Assembly (NCBI RefSeq): GCF_009914755.1
Contig: NC_060941.1
Source: the human T2T-CHM13v2.0 reference genome, Homo sapiens
Length of the DNA: 64,000 nucleotides
Strand: one strand, 5' to 3'
The stretch's first letter is position 1; each line of letters starts with the position of its first letter. This document shows, piece by piece, positions 34,610 to 49,378 of the stretch. The notes under the pieces were generated by a model. That model was not told where the DNA came from. It ran no database searches and saw only the letters and a list, made by a program, of their open reading frames with translations. The translations under genes were made by a program, and so were the position numbers.

Positions 34610-35719
34610 TTAGAAATTGATGGAATAGAAAAGGTGGGATGAGAAGAGAGGAGAGAAAGGGAAGATTCAAGAGTAATTCTTGTCTATCTTTACTTCTGTA
34701 GCCCTGCCTTTACCACAGTGCCTTCCCAACTGTGAATACTCAATCAAGATTAAACAGAATACATAACATTCTCTTAAAATTATTCTTCTGGCCTCTACAT
34801 CTGCGTGTTGTCACCTGAGATTCTGATGATCAACCAACAGATAACTCCCCTTGCTCCTCTACTTCCTAGGTATTTTTAATTTTTGCACCTGGCACCCACC
34901 CTACCTCTACCGTCAAAACCCCAAAGAGAAGAAATATATCTAAGGTTAACATGCAAGCAATGCATGGACTGTTACAATGGAAAGGGCTCTGCTAGGTCCA
35001 GGCAGGCAGGCAGAGAGACAGACCTGACCTAGCTTGGAGGTTTGCTCCACTGCAATAGGGGGTTTTCTGGGAACCCAAGCATCTTGGAGAGGTGCAAATG
35101 AGTTGCTTATCATCTAGAGTGGCATGGAAGCTGTAGAATTTTCTCCTAGCAGTTATAAGAAGTAGGCATTGGAGTTAGGTGGAAGAGAGATAGGCTCATG
35201 AAAAAACCTTGTGGTCTGTAATGAGGGTATATTCAACAGTGACCTAAACTGACATCCAGAAATTGGATGCATACAGGCTTCTGAGCAGATGATGGCAAAT
35301 AAATAAGAATAATAACCCAGGGCTGAAGCTCAACAACCTCTCCTCCACCCTCCAGTCATGGTACTACATATGGCACACCCTCTTCCCCTGAGAAAAACGA
35401 GTGCCAACACAGGAAAAAGGAGATAACTTCAATGCCTAAAATTGTTTCTGCTACTCCATAGAGTGAGTCTGAAAATGCAAAGTCTGGTCATGGAAAATAC
35501 ACCTGAGTTTGTGAATTGGAATCCGAAGCTACTACCCTTTTCTCATTCCTAATGTTGCATATCTATGTTTTCTCTCTTGGACTCGTCATATATTTCTTTT
35601 ATTGTTTTATCATAACAGTAATTTTTATATTTATTAATCAATTTTTGTTTTTATCCTTATTCTTCTACTACCTTTATGAATGTATTCATCCATGTTGCTT
35701 AATATTGATTTTCTTTTCT

Positions 35720-36051
<332 letters not shown>

Positions 36052-36299
36052 TGAGATAAAAGCATAATTTGTTTCTTTCTTTCTGATAACATTAAAAATA
36101 TTTATCTATGAATTTCTTTTGAGTGCAGTTTTGAGGTGAAACTATGGGTGTTTATGCAATATTTACATAGTAGTATGTTTCTATATATTCTGTAATTACA
36201 TTCTTGATTTCCTTTTTGATCTAAGAGATAACTTAGAAGTCTGCCTTATAATTTCCAAGTGTTTAAGCTTCTGTTAATTTATATATAAACATTAATTTT

Positions 36300-38600
<2,301 letters not shown>

Positions 38601-39034
38601 TGATTTTTATTTCTTTTGAAAAACAATAATTTTTGAGGTTTTTTTTCCAGAAAAAAATGGGTAGTTGATAAACCTTTTCAGTCATTACATGTCTCAAAGT
38701 GACTTCCTTTTGCCCTCGTTTGTGAATGTTAGGCCAGATGTAGACTTTTGAGTTGCATTTGAGTTATGACCTATTTTCATGGGTGCCCTGTAATCTTGTT
38801 CCAAATTTTATTGGCATTGAGCATTGCAGATGTGAAGCATGAGGCAAACCAGCTTCTCTTTTTGGAGAAAAACTTCTTTTTTTCTGGTGTGTGTGTGTGT
38901 GTGTCTGTCTTCGAAATTCAGAAATTTAATCAAGATATGTCTAGGGATTTTGTTTTTCCTGTGCAGTAATATTTTCTAGCACTTAGTGAATTATTTTAAT
39001 TTTGACTTGGGCCTTTCTTCAGCTCTGCAAAATG

Positions 39035-39319
39035 TTTTTTTGTTTATTTGTTTGTTTGTTTGTTTCTTTGAGATGGAGTTTCGCTCTTATTGCCCAGGCT
39101 GTAGTGCAAAAGCGCGATCTCGGCTCACCACAACCTCTGCCTCCCAAGTGGCTGGGATTACAGGCATGTGCCACCACACCTGGCTAATTTTGTATTTTTA
39201 GTAGAGACGGGGGTTTCTCCAAGTTGGTCAGGCTGGTCTCGAACTCCTAACCTCAGGTGATCTGCCCACCTTGGCCTCCCAAAGTGCTGGAATTACAGGC
39301 ATGAGCCACCGCCCGGCCT
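39035..39319 (-). mobile_element. AluS with internal right-arm deletion
   Basis: acctctgcctccc joins directly to aagtggctgggatt (deletion between the two GCCTCCC motifs). Confidence 0.88.
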
Positions 39320-40470
39320 TTTTTAGTATTTTTTATGCTTATTTCTTCTTCATCATCTGCTCTGCAAATTCTATTACATATTTGTTTGAATGTTTTGAAA
39401 AAAGATACCGTGTCTATTTTTCCTTTCCTCACCATTTCATTGCATTACATACTTTTTCCCTCTGAATTTTGGGATCATTCTTCCAGCCCATCTTCTAATG
39501 CAGTAATTCCATTTTGGGCAGTGCCAGATCTGCTATTTCCTGCCTCTATGGAGTTTCATTAGTTTGGAAGTCATGTGTTTCTTATCCAAGAACTCTTTTT
39601 TGTTTAATGTGGCTCTTCTTCATGGCAACCAGCTCTTGTTATATTAAAGCAGCGTTCTCTCAGTTCTCACTAAGAATACAAATTAGAGTGAAAAAATATA
39701 TTTCCCTTACTTCTTGCATAACTTTCACTAGAAGCTATTTTCTCTGGATTCTCAGATTAGTCTCCCTGTTTTATGGAGGTAATAGCCTATAATAAAGGCA
39801 CAGGCATTTGAACTAGAAAAACCCAGGTTTGAATCCTAGTTCTGACACTTGAATGGCAGTTCACCTAAACCCTCTGAGCTTGGTTTATTTGATAGGTATA
39901 GTCAAACCCTCATCGAAGAGTTCTTCTAAGGATTAAATAAGATAATGTATCTCATAGCACTTACAGTAGTACTTGGCTATATAGTTTATTATTATTACCT
40001 TCTTCCTTCTCATCACTATTACATTGAAATGCTGTCTTTTTTCTGCTTGTCAGTCTCACATAGAGAGGTCTGGTTAGTTTAGACTTGGTAGCTGAGTTGG
40101 ACAGAAAGGCGTCAGGTCAGAAATGATGCAGATCTTACTTTAATTTGCCCCAAAAGTTACTACACGTAGTAAATCTACCTGGCCACGACTCCCTCACTCA
40201 GAAATCACCTGTACCATTTTTTGACAAGATTGTGAATGGGACCTTTCTCAAATTTCCATGAGTGACACAGAATTGCTCTATTATGTTTGCTGAGTTATTT
40301 CGAATGGATATTGGAGGGAGAAATGGGTCAAAACTACTGGCTTTTGTTAACATTTTGTTACCAGAAGTTGAATGTAAAGTTTACTAAGAATAAAGAAAGT
40401 TAACACATAAATGTTTTAGGTAAAAATATAGTAAATATTTCTATCCTTTGGGGATAAGGGAGACTTTCTA

Positions 40471-40840
<370 letters not shown>

Positions 40841-40965
40841 GTAGAATTCCTGGAAGATAAAAATCAGCATTACAGATGTTGAAAAGGAAAGGCCAAACTA
40901 GAGAAAACATTTGCCACAAGATACAATAGCATTAGTATAATTAATATGACTAAAAAGCTTTTATT

Positions 40966-41263
40966 TCTTTTTTTTTTTTTTGAGATGGAGTCTCGCTCTG
41001 TTGCCCAGGTTGGAGTTCAGTGGCGCAATCTTGGCTCACTGCAATCTCTGCCTCCTGGGTTCACGCCATTCTCCTGACTCAGCCTCCTGAGTAGCTGGGA
41101 CTACAGGCGCCCGCCACCACGCCTGGCTAATTTTTTTGTATTTTTAGTAGAGACGGGGTTTCACCGTGTTAGCCAGGATGGTCTCAGTCTCCTGACCTCA
41201 TGATCTGCCTGCCTCAGCCTCCCAAAGTGCTGGGATTACAGGCGTGAGCCATTGCACCCGGCT
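40966..41263 (-). mobile_element. AluY
   Basis: AluY diagnostics gttcacgccattctcc and caccgtgttagccaggatgg. TSD TGAC(T/G)AAAA. Confidence 0.9.
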
Positions 41264-41918
41264 GACGAAAAACCTTTTAAAAATTGATAAGAAAATGTAG
41301 ACCTATAACAGAAAAATGGGCTAAGGACATGAAGAATTAATTAACCAAAGAAGAAATACTAATGGCCATGAAACATGCGGGAAAATGTTTAATGTGGTAA
41401 AAAGAAATGCAAATTGAAACAGCATAATAATGCTATTTCTCATCTATTCATCTGGCAGGATTATTAAGAGTGGTAATACTCAGCATAGGTTAGGGTATGG
41501 AGAAAATGGCATATTTACACGCTGTAGTTGGGACTGCAAAAATTTCCATTATTTATCTACAGGATAATTTGGCAATACATATAAAAAGCTTTAAAACATG
41601 CCACATTTCAATGCAGAAATTTTAATTATTTGATTTTGATCTTAAGTAAATATATGCAATAAGTTTTAACCATTAACATGTTGATCACAGAGATATTTAG
41701 AATAACAGAAGATAAGAAAGAAGATATTGTCCTAACAACAGTCTGATCCTGTTTTTGAAACATGTTTATAAATTCCCAGTGTTATCTTGATTAGTAAGAA
41801 TATGGGCATTTTTCACTTTTTAAATGGATCTGAGTTTTCCAATTTTTTTCCTCAATAACATTAAAATGTGTAACATGTTTATATATAAACACATATACTG
41901 TTGGACTTTATTTACTAA

Positions 41919-42309
<391 letters not shown>

Positions 42310-42549
42310 TGATAACAGAGTTAAGGCAATTTCATAAAGTGAATTTGGATGCTTTCATTTTGTTTCTGTGCTCTGAAACACTTTAAATAGCAGAAGAATT
42401 ATCTGTTCTTTGAAGCTTTGAAAGTGCTCCCCATAAAACCATATGGACCTGGCTACTTTGGGGAGTGTCGTTCCTTGAAAAGTTTTCCAAGTTTTTCCCT
42501 GATCCTGGTCCCCTCATGCTTCCTACCTATTTTTGAAAAACCTGTAGCA

Positions 42550-42880
<331 letters not shown>

Positions 42881-43817
42881 GAAACACTTGTAGCAGTTCA
42901 TATTCTCCAAGCAAATTAAGAGCTTCCTTTAAAATAAGTAAACATAAGGTTGCAAAAGTATTCTTACACTTTTTTTTGCTTCTGTGATTAAATCCTTTTT
43001 CTTGTTTCTAAAGTTGTGTGTTTTTCTTCTTTTTGCCTTTCTATCTATTCATTTTATCTATCTCTTTGAAACACCCAGTCCTGAAATTAATGGATCAATT
43101 ACACCCTTAATTTATTCTAAGGTCTGCATTGGGTCTGCTGTACAAGTGTTCCTCTGGAACCCAGGAGAGAAGACAAGCAACTATCGGGGGAAAGTTTTTT
43201 CTTATGGCAGTGGTAAATGTGCCAGAAGACCAGAGGAAAATGTACAAAGCCTCTTAATGCACAGCTTGGAAGTGGCATACATCACTTCCACCCACAGGCC
43301 GTTAGCCAAAGAAGTCTCTTGGTCAAGTCCTAAGTTATTAAGTGGGAAAATACACTCTGCCTATGATGAGACGATGCAAAGGTATATTAAGGGAAGGCTG
43401 AAAATTGGAGTTAATGGCATCTATTAATACCATGCCCAAAGATGGGAACATCTATCATCCTATTTAAAAAATATTTTGGACTAACAGATATACTTTAATG
43501 GTGCAAGTCAAGTTTGATACCTGCAAGTATAAAGGTGATTGGAATCTGTAATATCCTTCAGTTGTATTGTAGCACTGAATGTTGTTTTGACATATCAAAT
43601 ACTGTAAGGCATAGGTGTATCTTCTCCAACAGCAATTTATTGAGCAAATAGACTGGCCAGTTAATTCCCCAAAACATATTACTTAGAGATTTTTTACTAT
43701 AAACCCCCATATAGTAGATAAGAAAAGAGTGTCCTGGAGAAGTCCAGCAAGATGATTGGCCATAATTATAATGAGCTCGAGCTTCCTGTTCTGCTTTCTC
43801 TCTTCTGTGGACCCTAC

Positions 43818-44472
<655 letters not shown>

Positions 44473-44496
44473 TTATTCTGAATTCTGTTCTGTAGA

Positions 44497-44695
44497 CCAG
44501 CCCTGTCCAATGGAGCTTTCTATGATGATGAAAATGTTATTTTACATTCTCTACTACGGCAGCCACTAGCCACATGTAGTTATTGGGCACTTGAAATGAA
44601 AAACTGAAATTTTTGTTTTATTTAACCTAATTTAAAATAATATTTAAGTAACCACATGTAGCTAATGATTCCCATGTTGGCCAGGTGGCTCTAGT
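44497..44695. mobile_element. MER3-like (hAT-Charlie)
   Basis: ctgtccaatggagctttctatgatgatgaaaatgtt...gcagccactagccacatgt. Confidence 0.7.
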
Positions 44696-45047
44696 GAATG
44701 CTTGCTCTCAGAGTAGAGGTTAAAACCATTCTAATTCAGGGGATTCTAAATGGAGTATCAGATTTCTAAGGGAACATATCTCAGACAAATAGTACTACAA
44801 TGTTGCTGAAGCAAGTAAGAAGCCCATATATTGTTGACCAAAGCAAGTGACAAGGTCAAAGTCAAGGTCAACAGGAGCAGGGAAGTGTAATCTTCCCATA
44901 GGTCAAAGCTAGGTATATAAGACATAGAAATTTCTTTCTTCTTTTCTCCTCTTCTTTCCCCTTCCCACCGTCCTTCCTCACCTCCTCCTCTTCTTTTGCA
45001 AATACATTTAAATTTTATATTAAGTCTATTCTTCTAGGTGGCAAAAA

Positions 45048-45415
45048 TTAAGTTTTAGGCAATTCCATCTCCATCTTGGCCAATGCTGCCTCCTCCTCCT
45101 GATCATCATCTTTGATCTCAATAGCTTTCACATCCAGCTGTTTCAGGTACATTTGTGTATCCTCACAGCACACATGCAGACACCAAATCATCGCACATGG
45201 CTTGGGTGCAGGGAGCTCTGGGGCTGCCACTAGCCTGTGGTATGGGTACCTGAGGCACTTCATATAGATGTCTTACTGGTCCTCTGTCTTAGAAGGCAGA
45301 GGATCTCCACAAGCTTGGCCATGCCTAGCCTTCACTCCAGGAGTGGTGTACAGCTTCTCCACTGTGCTCAGATGCCCCAAAACGATATGATATATCTGTC
45401 TTCAGTCTGCCTGCC
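45048..45415 (-). pseudogene. Candidate decayed coding fragment (processed-pseudogene-like), parent unidentified
   Basis: One minus-strand frame gives ~118 codons with a single internal stop and a protein-like acidic end (YLKQLDVKAIEIKDDDQEEEAALAKMEMEL). Does not resemble a repeat family I recognise. Confidence 0.4.
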
Positions 45416-46410
45416 CCCAACCTAATTGTTGACCATGGGTAAAAGCAAGGTGCATGCTACTTTCTCAGAGAAACCCACTGTAGCAGTCAGCTTAGACTCA
45501 ATTATGTTACAGCAACAAACCTCTGATTTAAAACAGCAAAGATACCTTTTGCTGGGGGGCCACATCACTGTTCCACAGCATCCCCTAACTGGTTCATTGG
45601 CAGCGTTAAGAAGAAGAGGGCAGGATCACAAAATGACTCCTGAAACTTCTGCCCTCAGAAGAAGCGTAAAAGTCACCTCTGTGCATATTCATTGTTCAAA
45701 GAAAATCACATGACCGATCTTTACCTCAACAGTAAGGTAAAATAGAGTCCTTCCCATAGGGATTGGCAGTGAAATTTTTTGGGCATTAATAGTATCTGCA
45801 CAAGCATCATCTACTTTTCTTCTCTCTTTCTCTCCCGCTTTCCAGTCCCCATCACCATCTTCAACATCTCACAGCCTGTAGGTTCTTTATTTAGACTAAG
45901 CAGGATGATATATGCTTTATAATCTACTATTTCTGACATAGACTATTAAAGCTCCAAAGCCTGTATTCTGGAAACTCAAAACTCTTTTCTTGAAGAACTC
46001 TATTCTGTCACATGTGTTTCTGAAGCTCTTGTTTCTGCACTATTATCCCTTCCCCGGGGTAGAAAGCAGAAAATGTACTAGCTGCTTCCTGAGTGAAGGA
46101 AGCATTCAAAGGAAGACAGAAAATCTGTGGAGAAGCCACCAGTTAATAAAACATTATTGGACCACACTCTGGCAGGGGAGGCTGCCAAAGGGATTTCCCT
46201 TTGGAACGGAAAAATCTTGGGATTGAAGGCAGGGGCTGGCATGATATTGGAGTTGGCTACCAGAGTTCTTGAGGATTAGTGCTAACAAGTAGAACTTTCT
46301 GAGAGGATAGTAATGTTCTTTATCTGTGCTGTCCAGTACAGTAGCCTTTAGCCACATGTGGCTCTTAAGTACTTCGAATGTGACTTGGGTGACCGAGGAA
46401 CTAAATTCTG

Positions 46411-47094
46411 TTTTTATTTTATTTTATTTTTTATTAAACTTTAAGTTCTGGGATATGTGTGCAGAACGTGCAGGTTTGTTACATAGGTATACACGTGCCA
46501 TGGTGGTTTGCTGCACCCATTAACCCATCATCTATATTAGGTATTTCTCCTAATGCTATCCCTCCCCTTGCCCCTACCCGCGACAGGCCCCGGTGTGTGA
46601 TGTTCCCCTCCCTGTGTCCATGTTTTCTCTTTGTTCAACCCCCACTTATGAGTGAGAACATGCGGTGTTTGGTTTTCTGTTCCTGTGTTAGTTTGCTGAG
46701 AATGATGGTTTACAGCTTCATCCATGTCCCTGCAAAGGACATGAACTCATCCTTTTTAATGGCTGTATCCATGTCCCTGCAAAGGACATGAACTCACCCT
46801 TTTTTATGGCTGCATGGTATTCCATGGTGAAAATGTGCCACATTTTTTTTTATCCAGTCTATCATTGATGGGCATTAGGATTGTTTCCAAGTCTTTGCTA
46901 TTGTGAACAGTGCCACAATAAACATACATGTGCATGTGTCTTTATAGCAGAATGATTTATAATCCTTTGGGTATATACCCAGTAATGGGATTGCTGGGTC
47001 AAATGGTATTTCTAGTTCTAGATCCTTGAAGAATTGCCACACTGTTTTCCACAATGGTTGAAGTAATTTACAATCCCACCAACAGTGCAAAAGT
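46411..47094 (-). mobile_element. 5'-truncated L1PA 3' end inserted in a MER3-like element (~46285-47180)
   Basis: Clear antisense L1PA 3' UTR/ORF2 end (ORF 46875-47090 = ...LWKTVWQFFKDLELEIPFDPAIPLLGIYPK). TSD GAGGAAC(T/C)AAATT. Confidence 0.93.
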
Positions 47095-47907
47095 GAGGAA
47101 CCAAATTTTGAACTTTAATTAACTTAAATTGCAACAACCACATGTGGCTAGGGGATACTATATTCAACAGTGCAGTTCTGGAAGTTACCAGAGATAGTGT
47201 TGCTAAAAGTCATACAGTGACCTTAATGTCTTACCGTTTATACACATAAAAAGCATGTTGTACTTTGCTTTTTAAAAAATCTCAAAATGGAAATAATTTC
47301 ACTTAATATAGACATCATATTGACATTATAGGTACAGCATAGTTGGTTAAAAGCAAATAATGCCTTCATTTATTCACTGGCTGGAGTTGTCTGACCTAAT
47401 AAGCAGAGGCTAAATTCACAATTAATTAAAGATTTCATGTTCATTCAGCCAAGACATGCCTCAAACCACTTTTTGTTCAGCTAGCCAGCAAGATACTTAG
47501 AGCCATATTTAGGACATCTTGCAACTATAATCAACATATGCAAAATATCCTATTTCAAAGAAGATCCTTCCTTTATAAGATTAGTAATTCTGTTGTATGA
47601 ACAGGATTTTTCTCTATTATGCTAAATATAATCATTTTGTAGTAAATGAATACGGCAATGTACTATATGAAAATTTATATGTAATTTGATTATTGTAATT
47701 TAACAAATAGTTCTCTTACTGAAGATCAGGCAGCATATTTTTCTATTTAGGGATGAGGAAACAGAGGTTTGGAGAGGTTAAGCTGTTTTCCTAAGGTTAT
47801 ATAACAGGTATGTGGAATTCTGATGCAGGAACTCCTATCTGTTTAATCCAAAGTGCCTCACACCCAACAATACTGCTTTTACTTGATATATAATGATAAA
47901 ACCTTGA

Positions 47908-48258
<351 letters not shown>

Positions 48259-48910
48259 TCACCTATCTTTTTCTAAGGATAGAGACCAAAGAAGCCACAA
48301 CCCCTTCCAAGGAGTCAACTGACGCCAATGGGATGCTGTGGTGCAGGACACTTGGGGGGTGCTGCAGCTGATGCCCCTTGGTCTCCTGGTGGTGGAAGGG
48401 AAATGGGACTAGATACGAGATTGGCATCTAAGCCATACAAAAAAGCTGTCTCAGACAGGTTGGGCCAGTAAGCACAACGTCACTTATCTATATTGGCTTC
48501 TGGTTACCTAATGGGTTTGGTTTGGTAAAAATTAAGAATCAGACTTCTGGGATGCAAGCTATGCCTGTTCAAAATCTGCTGTCAGCCCCTGTGTTTCAAG
48601 CTTAACCTTGAACCTCATCATTAATCAGGTGACCTTAGACCGTTTTATCAGCCACGTATCTGCTAGCATAAATCTCCCTTCTGTGAATTCAGAACACTGA
48701 TACCTCACATTCACTAAAAATACAATGAGAGACAGATGCTCACTTTCTTTATTTGCTGTTGTATTCTTGGTCCCACTTTGCCATTTTTAAAACAGGAAAA
48801 CGTTTCCCTTACTCGAACGCTAAAGTGCAAAGCTGCTGGTGACGCTGCCTTCTCCCACCTCCGCACTCCACTGTCCTTGCAAACTTTGGACAGAGGAAAG
48901 GTGGGCACGG

Positions 48911-48937
48911 GGCGCGAAACTACAAGTCCCGGCATGC
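48911..48937 (+). promoter_or_regulatory. E2F-type site abutting a ZNF143/THAP11 (ACTACAnnTCCC) motif
   Basis: GGCGCGAAA (reverse complement TTTCGCGCC) overlaps ACTACAAGTCCCGGCATGC, which matches ACTACAnnTCCCAGnATGC. Confidence 0.75.
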
Positions 48938-49325
48938 ACGGCGTTCTCCGCACAGGCGCACGGGGACCGCCGGGCCAGCCGGCCAGCCAGCCTGCGGAGA
49001 CTCCCGGGTCCCCGCGCCGGACTGGGACTGGGAGCAGGCAGCCCGGGCGGAGCGGGCCGGTGCCGAGGACGGCCCCAGGCATTGCTCTGCCCCGGGCATT
49101 GCGCGGCGCGCGTGAGGGGGATGCGGCAGGAGGCGGCGCGGCGGGAGGAGTAGGCGGCGGCGCCCTCGGGAGGGAGCTGCGCGCGGGCCAGACGGCGCCC
49201 GGAGGCTCCGCAGTGCCGCCGCCGTCGCCCGGGAGGCTCCGCGCGGGAGCCATGTAACCCTGCGGCGGGCTCCGGGCTGCTCCGTCCTTCCCCAGCTCCC
49301 GGGCTAGCGCGGCAGCGGGGCCACG

Positions 49326-49378
49326 ATGAAGAAGCAGTTCAATCGCATGCGCCAGCTGGCCAACCAGACGGTGGGCAG
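49326..49378 (+). CDS. ARHGAP44: First coding exon of Rho GTPase-activating protein 44 (RICH2), start of the N-BAR domain
   Basis: CCACG ATG AAG AAG CAG TTC... gives MKKQFNRMRQLANQTVG(R), the RICH-family N-terminus. Donor AG|gtaggt. Lies in the CpG island downstream of MYOCD. Not in the ORF track. Confidence 0.95.
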
